DNA of 53,137 nt from assembly GCA_023262335.1 (NCBI GenBank), contig JALRBE010000001.1, positions 1 to 53,137 on the forward strand. Reading direction: 5' to 3'. Both the position numbers and the translations under genes were made by a program. Source of the DNA: Candidatus Saccharimonadia bacterium (GTDB lineage: Bacteria; Patescibacteriota; Saccharimonadia; Saccharimonadales; Saccharimonadaceae). Below are positions 18,332 to 26,346 of this stretch, one piece after another (positions within the stretch are counted from its first letter, which is position 1; each line of letters begins with the position of its first letter). The notes beneath the pieces were generated by a model. It ran no database searches, was not told where the DNA came from, and saw only the letters and a program-made list of their open reading frames with translations.

Positions 18332-18886
18332 ATGAACAAGAATGAGCGCTCGTATCGTGGGTTTTTATCGTTCGTTGCCACAAAGAAGGTCGCGATTGTT
18401 TTTGGCGTCGCTGTCGTCGTGGTGGTGGCTGGCGTCGTGTTGCTAAGGGTGGTATTGGGTGGTTCCGGTGACTCCGGCGACGGCTCGGACAGGCAGGAAT
18501 ACGCCGTGCGAACGGCCGGCGACGCGATGCGCAGTGGAAACGAAGGGCAGGCCGGTGATATCTACGAAAAGGAAATCGATGCCGAGACCGATCCGACGAA
18601 AAAGGTGGAACTGGCAATAGACCACTCAAGCATGCTGTATGGGGCGGGCAAGCATGACCGTGCCCTGGACGTGGCGACCGAGGCCGAAGCGTACAGCGAA
18701 GACAAATATCTGATTGCCGACTGGCTCGGTCGTTTGTACGAGGCGCGCAAAATGTACGGCGAGGCACGGAAGTATTACGAACTCGCCTTGAAGCACGTGG
18801 AGAGCCCGACGAATAATAACGGGTACACAAAAAAACATTACGACAAAAAGATTGCCGCCATGACTGCGGCCGAGGCGGCAAAATGA
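18332..18886 (+). CDS. membrane-anchored TPR-like protein
   Basis: One TM helix (VAIVFGVAVVVVVAGVVLL) followed by TPR-like helical repeats (YGEARKYYELALKH). An alternative GTG start at 18254 overlaps the stop of a 9-codon uORF. TATAAT at 18209-18214 lies upstream. Confidence 0.6.
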   Translation: MNKNERSYRGFLSFVATKKVAIVFGVAVVVVVAGVVLLRVVLGGSGDSGDGSDRQEYAVRTAGDAMRSGNEGQAGDIYEKEIDAETDPTKKVELAIDHSSMLYGAGKHDRALDVATEAEAYSEDKYLIADWLGRLYEARKMYGEARKYYELALKHVESPTNNNGYTKKHYDKKIAAMTAAEAAK

Positions 18887-21195
18887 CAGGCGTCGTATCC
18901 GTACGGAGGATTTCGGTTGTGGGATTCGCTCTCGCAGTGACGGCACTTGTTATCGCCGCGTTCACGGCGCTTGGGTCTTCGACGCCGGCCGCTGCCGCGC
19001 CGTCACCATGTAAAGTCATCATCGCGCTTGATCGTTCGGGGTCTATCGGCTCGGCGCGCTGGAAGAGCATGGGTAACCAAGTGCTGCAATTATTTGGCGC
19101 CGGAGGTATCGACAGGGATGACATCGAAATCGCTTTTTGGACGTTCTCGCACACGTTCGATGCCGGGAACAAGAACTTCAATGCGCCGTACCATGGCTAC
19201 GTAAAGTCGAACGCCACGGTATTGGACTCGGGATATAACGCGTTCAAATCAAGTCTCGGTCTGGCTGACCCTGACGCGATACTGGGCGGCGAGACGAACT
19301 ACGCGCAGGGATTCGGCTACGATACACCTGAGCGCAACCCGTTGTCGTTGCCTAAGAACCAGAGCGCGAGCATCGCGACGATCGCGTCGCAGGCAAGCGT
19401 GATCACGTTTTTGACGGACGGCATCCCGAACTATCCCGGAGGAATGGACTTTGATGATGACGGATGGCAGGCCGGCTACGCGGCCCGGCAAAAATATGAT
19501 GCCAGCGTCGCGGTGATCGGCGGATACCTTAACTCCGACGAAAACTCGTCGTTCGTTCCGAGCTCGTTATACCAAGCCATCAACGGTCCAGGCGCACGGG
19601 CGCCTGCGGACAATATCGGGCCTTTGGATTTTGGCAGCCTGAACGACTTTCTTATGGTACGAATTCCCTTGGCTTGCGGCGCAAGCGTCAACGCGTACGA
19701 GCTGAGACCCGTGGTGACTTCGACGAGCCACGCCGTCATGAGCGGTAAAAAAGCCAGCTTCAACTACGTGGTCAATAATACGAGCGATAACCAGGGTTCG
19801 AGTGATTGGCGCGTTTTTGACGTCACTATCGCTCCAGGAGCGGGCGCGGCAGGTGATCCGTTCGCTTGTGGGGGAACTGGCTATTGCGGCGGAATAAACG
19901 ACTGCGTTGGCATACGGACGCTCATCGGAGGACCAGGAGCGGGAACCTGCAAAGCTGCCGACGACGACGGTGACGGCGTTCCGGATGGTAACGGCACGGG
20001 AGACCGTGATTTTCCGATCGATGTGACCCGCCTTTACGGAGGGATCGCGCGCGATGCCAATAATGATACGGCAGCGATGGCGCTTGGCACGAGGGTTTGC
20101 CGGGTGTTGGTATTGGAGCGAGCAACGTCGGTCGGAGGCAGCAGGCTCCACGGGGCGTGTACGGTCATCGGCAAGACGCCGCTCGTACAAATCCACGGAG
20201 GCGACGTGCGTGTCGGCAGGCTATTCAAGGGAGATAGCGCCGCGACCACGCTTGCAGGAGTGTTCACGACGAACTTCAGTCTTTCGGGCGCTGCGGCACC
20301 GAACGGCGTCACGTTCGGTAGCTGGACCGAATATGGTGTCTTGGCTCCGGGGACGATACTGAGCATGGCATCGCTGTCGGGGTACGCGGACGGGTATATT
20401 CGCCAGCCGTCCGTTCCGCCTGGCTGCGCGCCCGGCGCAGATAAAGGCAGCAACCGCTTGACGTTCGCGAACAGCGGCGCGTCCGGTTGCGGAGGTATGC
20501 AGGGGGCACCGGGGATGGTGCCGGACATCGTTTCGGCGGCGCGATCATGGCGAGTGGTCAATAACCTCGTAAGCGGTACTGTCCAATTGAGTGGCGGGCC
20601 GGGATTGTACCAGAACGAAGAAGGTACGTCCGATGTCCGACTGGGCGCCACCACTATCGATACTGTCAACTCGACCGACAACACCTATGTGGTGTACGTA
20701 CCGAACGCGACGCTGACCATTGAAGGCGATATCCGCGTACGGGATTACGCGAGCCGGACTTACGCGAACGAAAAAGAGGTCCCTCAGTTGATCGTCATCG
20801 CGAAGAATATCAATGTCGCCGAAGGAGTGCGGTATGTCGATGCCTGGCTTGTCGCGAGCGGCTCGGGTAACGACGGCGTCGTTAATACGTGCACGGGTTA
20901 CGGAGGAAGCTTCTCGCCGACCGTATGTGACGACGATTTGTACGTGAACGGCCCTGTTTTCGCGCGCCAATTGCACCTATGGCGAACGACGGTCTACGCG
21001 GGTCAGTGCACCATCGATAATCCCGGAGCGCTGTCGGATCCGGCGCTCAGTGTGCCGAGCGGGTGCGTACGCGATATCGACGATCCTGCCGAAACGGTCA
21101 ACTTGCCGGCAAGCACGCTGCTGTGGGCACTGAGCAGGGGTGCTCACGGGAACCTGCGGACGACGCAGTCAGTCGAACTGCCGCCACTCTATTAA
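18883..21195 (+). CDS. membrane-anchored or secreted vWA-domain protein, 770 aa (candidate pilus-associated adhesin)
   Basis: N-terminal hydrophobic anchor. The vWA domain has a complete MIDAS (IIALDRSGSI ... GGETNY ... FLTDGIP). There is an Ig-like middle part, an Asp-rich loop DDDGDGVPDGNGTGD and many Cys. ATGA overlap with the TPR gene. Confidence 0.8.
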   Translation: MTGVVSVRRISVVGFALAVTALVIAAFTALGSSTPAAAAPSPCKVIIALDRSGSIGSARWKSMGNQVLQLFGAGGIDRDDIEIAFWTFSHTFDAGNKNFNAPYHGYVKSNATVLDSGYNAFKSSLGLADPDAILGGETNYAQGFGYDTPERNPLSLPKNQSASIATIASQASVITFLTDGIPNYPGGMDFDDDGWQAGYAARQKYDASVAVIGGYLNSDENSSFVPSSLYQAINGPGARAPADNIGPLDFGSLNDFLMVRIPLACGASVNAYELRPVVTSTSHAVMSGKKASFNYVVNNTSDNQGSSDWRVFDVTIAPGAGAAGDPFACGGTGYCGGINDCVGIRTLIGGPGAGTCKAADDDGDGVPDGNGTGDRDFPIDVTRLYGGIARDANNDTAAMALGTRVCRVLVLERATSVGGSRLHGACTVIGKTPLVQIHGGDVRVGRLFKGDSAATTLAGVFTTNFSLSGAAAPNGVTFGSWTEYGVLAPGTILSMASLSGYADGYIRQPSVPPGCAPGADKGSNRLTFANSGASGCGGMQGAPGMVPDIVSAARSWRVVNNLVSGTVQLSGGPGLYQNEEGTSDVRLGATTIDTVNSTDNTYVVYVPNATLTIEGDIRVRDYASRTYANEKEVPQLIVIAKNINVAEGVRYVDAWLVASGSGNDGVVNTCTGYGGSFSPTVCDDDLYVNGPVFARQLHLWRTTVYAGQCTIDNPGALSDPALSVPSGCVRDIDDPAETVNLPASTLLWALSRGAHGNLRTTQSVELPPLY

Positions 21196-21245
21196 ATTGC
21201 GGCATCTATCAGCTGCGGTCCGTCTCGTGTTCTTGGGAACGCTTA

Positions 21246-21254
21246 TGCTATAAT
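21246..21254 (+). promoter_or_regulatory. extended -10 promoter TGcTATAAT of the pilin-like operon
   Basis: TG at 21246-21247 and TATAAT at 21249-21254. The ATG at 21263 follows after 8 nt, giving a leaderless or near-leaderless transcript. Confidence 0.5.
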
Positions 21255-21262
21255 GGCGCCAA

Positions 21263-21997
21263 ATGGGTAGAGAGCGAGGATTCACGATTATCGAAGTAGT
21301 GCTCTTTTTGGCTATTGCCGGCTCGCTGTTCGCGTTGCTCATGGTGGGTATTAGTACGGGCATCGCGCAGCAGCGGTACTCCGAAAGTGTCCGTAGCTAC
21401 AAGGCGCTCCTGCAGGACCAATACCTGGCGGCGGTGAACATTCGCAACCAAAAGACGGATACGGACAAATGCGACCCATTGACTGGCAGAACCGACGGCA
21501 CGGCTCGGAATGACTGGGGCGCGTCCGCATGCGTCATTTTAGGCAGGGTGATTCAAGTGGTGCCGGGCAGGAACGGCGAAACGGTCGAGGTGTCAAGTGT
21601 CGTAGGAATCGATCCAGGCAGTCAATCGGCAAGCGGCGGGGATTTGGCTGCGCTCCGGGCGTACAAGCCGGTCATGGCGACGTTCGACAAACAATCCATC
21701 GATCTTGATTGGGGAGCTCGGCTGACGACCGCTTCCGGAGCGTCCTCGCAAGCGGCAACGACGACGGTGCTTATTCTCCGTTCGCCCGTCAGCGGTCTCA
21801 TGCGCGTTTTCACCGAAGCGTCCAAACCGGCTGACCTTCTAGATATGATTACCGACACGAGCGCTTCACGGAAGCTGAGCAATTGTATCGTCGGGGACAC
21901 GTCGCTGCCGAAGCAAATGGTCACGATCGATCCGTCGATCGCGAGCGTCGACGGGATTACCGTAGACGGCGGGACGAACGCGGATTGCCAGGCATGA
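21263..21997 (+). CDS. prepilin-type N-terminal cleavage/methylation domain protein (minor-pilin-like 1)
   Basis: MGRERG/FTIIEVVLFLAIAGSLFALL is a class III signal with Gly-1, Phe+1 and Glu+5 followed by a hydrophobic helix. Confidence 0.8.
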   Translation: MGRERGFTIIEVVLFLAIAGSLFALLMVGISTGIAQQRYSESVRSYKALLQDQYLAAVNIRNQKTDTDKCDPLTGRTDGTARNDWGASACVILGRVIQVVPGRNGETVEVSSVVGIDPGSQSASGGDLAALRAYKPVMATFDKQSIDLDWGARLTTASGASSQAATTTVLILRSPVSGLMRVFTEASKPADLLDMITDTSASRKLSNCIVGDTSLPKQMVTIDPSIASVDGITVDGGTNADCQA

Positions 21998-22662
21998 ATC
22001 AGCGCGGCGACACCATAATCGAAGTCATACTCGCCGTCATGGTATTCAGTATCATCGCTGTCGGGGGCATGACGTTGATGAACCAAGGTATCGCTATCGT
22101 CCAGCGGTCACTCGAAATCAGCCAGGTGCGTAATCAAATGGACGCGCAGGCGGACGCGCTGCGCTACATGCATGCGCTTTACGTGACAGACCCAAGCTCT
22201 GCCAGTGCTTCTGCTGCTGCGTGGAAGACGATGACGAGCACGTATTCGGTCGCGAGCGCCCAGCCGTTCGACGAGACTTCTGACACGACGGGCTGCCGCT
22301 TGCCCGTGTCCGGAAAGCCGTTCGCGATCAATACCGTGACGCCCGGTAGTATGGACGACGGCGACCCGATATTGCCGTTCGACCTTGCCAGTGACGACGC
22401 GGGCGTACCGGTGAGCCGGCATAACCCGGTCATGGCAGGCACGGTCGACGCGTTGCTTTCGACCACGTACGCGCAGGTCCGTAGCGTGGAAGGGCAGGTG
22501 GTATCCCAGGGCATATGGGTCGAGGCTGTCCGCTCGGCAAGCATGTCAGCGACAACTCCCGGGTATTATGATTTTCATATACGTGGCTGCTGGTACAGTC
22601 CTGGCCAGGATCTGCCCGTGACACTTGGAACGATCGTGAGGCTGTATGAACCGGTATCGTAA
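21994..22662 (+). CDS. pilin-like protein with atypical N-terminus (PilV-like position)
   Basis: MNQRG/DTIIEVILAVMVFSIIAVGG has the same register with Glu+5, but Asp replaces Phe at +1. ATGA overlap with the upstream gene. Confidence 0.7.
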   Translation: MNQRGDTIIEVILAVMVFSIIAVGGMTLMNQGIAIVQRSLEISQVRNQMDAQADALRYMHALYVTDPSSASASAAAWKTMTSTYSVASAQPFDETSDTTGCRLPVSGKPFAINTVTPGSMDDGDPILPFDLASDDAGVPVSRHNPVMAGTVDALLSTTYAQVRSVEGQVVSQGIWVEAVRSASMSATTPGYYDFHIRGCWYSPGQDLPVTLGTIVRLYEPVS

Positions 22663-23356
22663 GGACAGTCGCGGGTTTACGATCGTCGAGCTCTCGATAG
22701 CAATGACGCTGTTGTCGGTGTTGCTCATCGTGATCGTCTTCCTGGTTATCAGGATCGGGGGTATTTATACGAAGGGAGTTACCATGAAGTCGGTCAACCA
22801 AGCAGGGCAGGTTATCGTGTCCGACATGCGAATGACTATCGGCGACGCTGGCGCGTTTCCTCTCGCCGCCTCGTTCATCGAACAGAAGGATGCCAACGGA
22901 CGAGTCGCGGGCGGCCGATTATGTACCGGCGAATACAGTTATGTGTGGAACATAGGGACGACGGTCGAAACGGACGCCTCCGGCGGGGTGCAGCAAGAGA
23001 ATAATTATGATGGTGACGGAGCGCCTATCAGGTTCGTCCGCTCCCTTGATAACGACAGTACGTACTGCACGGTATCAGCAAGCGGGGAGATGCCGGCAGT
23101 GATCAAAGGCAACTCCACTGAATTGCTATCGGAGTCGGACTTGGCGATCCAGGACTTCGCGATGACTCAGCTGACGACAAACATGGCAAGCGGAGCGTCC
23201 GTGTACAAGATCACAATGCTGATCAGCAACGCCGACACGGAATCGATCGAATCGGCGAGCAACACCTGTCGTCCTCCGAGCGTTTCGGATGACCGGTTCT
23301 GCGCGGTCAACGAATTCGGGTTCACGGTTCACGCCAGCGGAAAGAGAGGGGGCTAG
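22646..23356 (+). CDS. prepilin-type N-terminal cleavage/methylation domain protein (PilW-like position)
   Basis: MNRYRKDSRG/FTIVELSIAMTLLSVLLIVIV. It overlaps the upstream gene by 17 nt. Confidence 0.8.
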   Translation: MNRYRKDSRGFTIVELSIAMTLLSVLLIVIVFLVIRIGGIYTKGVTMKSVNQAGQVIVSDMRMTIGDAGAFPLAASFIEQKDANGRVAGGRLCTGEYSYVWNIGTTVETDASGGVQQENNYDGDGAPIRFVRSLDNDSTYCTVSASGEMPAVIKGNSTELLSESDLAIQDFAMTQLTTNMASGASVYKITMLISNADTESIESASNTCRPPSVSDDRFCAVNEFGFTVHASGKRGG

Positions 23357-23360
23357 GCGC

Positions 23361-24527
23361 ATGCGACAATCCAATCAGAGAGGGGCGGCATCCATCTTTA
23401 TTGTTATCTTCACGATGTTGCTCATCATTACGGTCGGCACGGCATTCATTCGGAACATGCTGCAAGGTCAGAGTCAGGCGGCGTCGGACGACCTGTCAAG
23501 AAGCGCGCTTGATTCGGCGTACGCTGGGGTCGAAGACGCCAAGCGTGTTCTGGCGGAATACTACGGGCAAAAGTGCGACACGCAAGCAGGTGCGGCGTCG
23601 GTGCGCTGCACGATGCTGATCGGCGTTCTCAAGGGCGCCGTCGACGCTGCGGGCTGGACGAACGACTGCACGCTCATACCAAAAACCGTTTTGCAACAAA
23701 CCGGCACGGCCGACGGCATAGCGGTACGGGCTGCCGACGGGTCCGGTGCCGATCTCGACCAAGCGTACACCTGCTTGAAAATCCAGATGGAGACGATGGA
23801 ATACAGAGGGACGTTAACGACCGACAATTCGAGCATTGTCAAGCTGCAATCAAGGGCGGGCGACCCAAAGATGGTGCGCTTCGAGTGGCATATGATCCGT
23901 TCCGGACAGACGCTCAACGTCGACGACGGTACCGTCCAGCCGTACAGGTTGCCGCAAAAATGGCCTGATCACCGACCTGCTGTCGTCAAAGCGCAGCTGC
24001 TGCAATTCAAGGGAGGGTTCACGCTTGCTGAATTCGACGCCGACTCGACACGTAACGCATCGCTGTTCCTGCTACCTGCGGCAACGGGCGTCAATCCGCT
24101 GAGCTTGTCGATGGATACAAGGCGCTCAGGCGTGTCCGGCGCAGCGCAGAACGTCCGATGCGTGCAAGCGGCGGTCGACTACGCATGCTCCGTCGATATC
24201 GCGCTTCCTGACATAGGCGACCCTAGCCAGGCACGGACGGCGTATTTGAAGCTCAATCAATTCTATGTCGCCGGCGCGACCAACTTCCGCGTGATGATGC
24301 TTGATGCGGCCGGCAGGACGATGCCGTTCACCGATGTCCAATCGACCGGCAGGGCGAACGAGCTGTTCCGTCGCGTCAGGAGCTACGTCGACGTCGGTGT
24401 TAGCAGCGTACCGAGTCCCGAATCGGCCGTCGACGTGACAAAGAGCCTGTGCAAAGAGTTCACTGTCACCGACACGCAGGCAATCTTGCCGAATCCGAGC
24501 GATGGCTGCCCCGCGCTTCCGCAGTGA
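23361..24527 (+). CDS. PilX-N-terminal-like pilus assembly protein
   Basis: The N-terminus MRQSNQRGAASIFIVIFTMLLIITVG resembles the PilX_N motif (RGxA then a hydrophobic helix, no Glu5). A GAGAGGGGG Shine-Dalgarno lies upstream. The track ORF 5' extension overlaps the previous gene. Confidence 0.65.
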   Translation: MRQSNQRGAASIFIVIFTMLLIITVGTAFIRNMLQGQSQAASDDLSRSALDSAYAGVEDAKRVLAEYYGQKCDTQAGAASVRCTMLIGVLKGAVDAAGWTNDCTLIPKTVLQQTGTADGIAVRAADGSGADLDQAYTCLKIQMETMEYRGTLTTDNSSIVKLQSRAGDPKMVRFEWHMIRSGQTLNVDDGTVQPYRLPQKWPDHRPAVVKAQLLQFKGGFTLAEFDADSTRNASLFLLPAATGVNPLSLSMDTRRSGVSGAAQNVRCVQAAVDYACSVDIALPDIGDPSQARTAYLKLNQFYVAGATNFRVMMLDAAGRTMPFTDVQSTGRANELFRRVRSYVDVGVSSVPSPESAVDVTKSLCKEFTVTDTQAILPNPSDGCPALPQ

Positions 24528-24552
24528 ACCGCGAACGGCGAAGCAAGGACGC

Positions 24553-24581
24553 TTGTATTGCCGTAGCGCTTAAGCTATAAT
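24553..24581 (+). promoter_or_regulatory. promoter TTGTAT-17 nt-TATAAT ahead of the RCC1 gene
   Basis: TTGTAT at 24553-24558, a 17-nt spacer, and TATAAT at 24576-24581. The -10 and downstream sequence (GCTATAATcGCGCCA) nearly repeat the pilin operon promoter. Confidence 0.55.
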
Positions 24582-24620
24582 CGCGCCATAATCGTTTGGC
24601 AGTAAGGTGCGTCAGCAAGA

Positions 24621-26345
24621 TTGGGGGATTGCGTGGTTTCCGGAACAAAAGGGGTAACAATTAAGGCCGTTTTGGGCGTAGCGCTGGCCGTGCTTGGCGT
24701 GGTCGCTGTGCAAGTAGGGCTTTCCACGAAGGTCTCGGCCGTCGATATTCGTGATCTTTCAACCGGCTCCGCGCACGCGTGCGCCGTGGTGGAATACGCC
24801 GCGAAATGCTGGGGCAACAACGCGTCCGGGCAGCTAGGAAACGGCTCGAGCAGTACTTCGACGCAGCCTGTAAGCGTGTATACGCGCTCCTCGTATGACG
24901 AATCGGTGAAAGATTACTGCCGCAACGGAGTTGATATCGGTGGGAACTGCATCGGTTTCGGTGCTCAGTGGGTGTATAAAACGGTCAATCGACCGGCCAG
25001 CCCGTTGCATAACAAAACGGTAACCAAAATCTCTGCGGGCCTTTATCATACCTGTGCCGTCGCGAACGCGCGGGCGTTCTGTTGGGGTAACGGCGGTAAC
25101 GGCCGGCTCGGTATCGGGTCGTCCGAAGACCAGTCGCGGCCGGTCGCTGTCGCCATAAGCGGCGCGCTTCGCGACAAGGAAGTGGTCGACATTGCGGCGG
25201 GAAGCAACTTCACGTGCGCGCTCGCGACCGATGGGACGGTTGCCTGCTGGGGCGATAACGCGGACGGCCAGCTTGGCACGGGAAACCGGACGGCAAGCAA
25301 CGTGCCAGTAGCGGTGAGCATGGCGGGTGGCAGCGCCCTGCAGAACGACAAAGCCAAGAAGCTGTCCGTCGTGAGCAGTTTTGACGATCCGACGACAAGG
25401 ACGATGTGCGTTGTTACGCGGAGCGATCAGGCGGTATGTTGGGGACATGGCATAGATGACGGCAGGCCGATTCCTCCTGCGAGCAGCGAGACGGTCGCTT
25501 GTAACAAAGATTCTCGGACCTCACGACCGGCGAACGAAAACCTGGACAGGATCATCTTCAGCTCGACGTTGCCGAGGCTTATACCTGGGGCCAAAATAGC
25601 AAGCATGAACGGGGAGCGATACGTTACCGGTCTTGGCACAGATGGAAAAGCGTATTATTGGGGGCAATATGGCTACAGCGTCGATGCGACCTATGACAAC
25701 ATAGTAACGTGCAAAGTGAACCCATGTACAGGCAAGGTAGTCATTCAGCGCGATGACAAAGCGAAGATACTGCTGGCAGCGAACGGTAAGCCGCCGACGG
25801 GAAGCGGGGGATTGAACAAGAAGAAGTCGAGCACCGGGCAAGGCTTTAACGGCAAGCCGGGCATGGCTACCTATACGCGGTACGACGGCAACGACAATAA
25901 CAATTCCAACGGCGCCTGCAGCATGACGCGGACACATTACGGTTATAAGAAGAACATTACCAACACGCCGATCGGAGAGAAGAAGACGACGACACCTTCG
26001 CTCTGGCCGCAGTCACAGGCCGGCATCACGGCATTCTCGGGCAACTCACACGACCGGCTCTTTTGCGCGGTGATCGGTGGCACCGCTCAGTGTGACGCTC
26101 ATGGCGGCGATACTCGCTCGGGGCAGCTTGGGAACGGCAAGACGTCGCAACTGACCGGGCCGCAAGCGGTCGTTACGAGCGGGTGGCTAGCTGGCAAGCA
26201 AATTTCTCGACTGAGCACTGGCAGTACCGGGTATACCTGCGCGGTAGCCGGTGGTGGCATAGGGTGTTGGGGTATAAATAAAAAAGGTCAGCTAGGCATT
26301 GGCAGCACCGATGCGAAAAGCGTGCCAACGGCAGTGAGGTTGTAA
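24621..26345 (+). CDS. signal-anchored RCC1-repeat (7-bladed beta-propeller) protein
   Basis: Repeats CWGNNASGQLGNG, CWGNGGNGRLGIG, CWGDNADGQLGTG, CWGHGIDDG, YYWGQYGY, GDTRSGQLGNG and CWGINKKGQLGIG. N-terminal hydrophobic segment AVLGVALAVLGVVAV. Start is TTG 24621 or GTG 24633. Confidence 0.85.
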   Translation: MGDCVVSGTKGVTIKAVLGVALAVLGVVAVQVGLSTKVSAVDIRDLSTGSAHACAVVEYAAKCWGNNASGQLGNGSSSTSTQPVSVYTRSSYDESVKDYCRNGVDIGGNCIGFGAQWVYKTVNRPASPLHNKTVTKISAGLYHTCAVANARAFCWGNGGNGRLGIGSSEDQSRPVAVAISGALRDKEVVDIAAGSNFTCALATDGTVACWGDNADGQLGTGNRTASNVPVAVSMAGGSALQNDKAKKLSVVSSFDDPTTRTMCVVTRSDQAVCWGHGIDDGRPIPPASSETVACNKDSRTSRPANENLDRIIFSSTLPRLIPGAKIASMNGERYVTGLGTDGKAYYWGQYGYSVDATYDNIVTCKVNPCTGKVVIQRDDKAKILLAANGKPPTGSGGLNKKKSSTGQGFNGKPGMATYTRYDGNDNNNSNGACSMTRTHYGYKKNITNTPIGEKKTTTPSLWPQSQAGITAFSGNSHDRLFCAVIGGTAQCDAHGGDTRSGQLGNGKTSQLTGPQAVVTSGWLAGKQISRLSTGSTGYTCAVAGGGIGCWGINKKGQLGIGSTDAKSVPTAVRL

Positions 26346-26346
26346 C

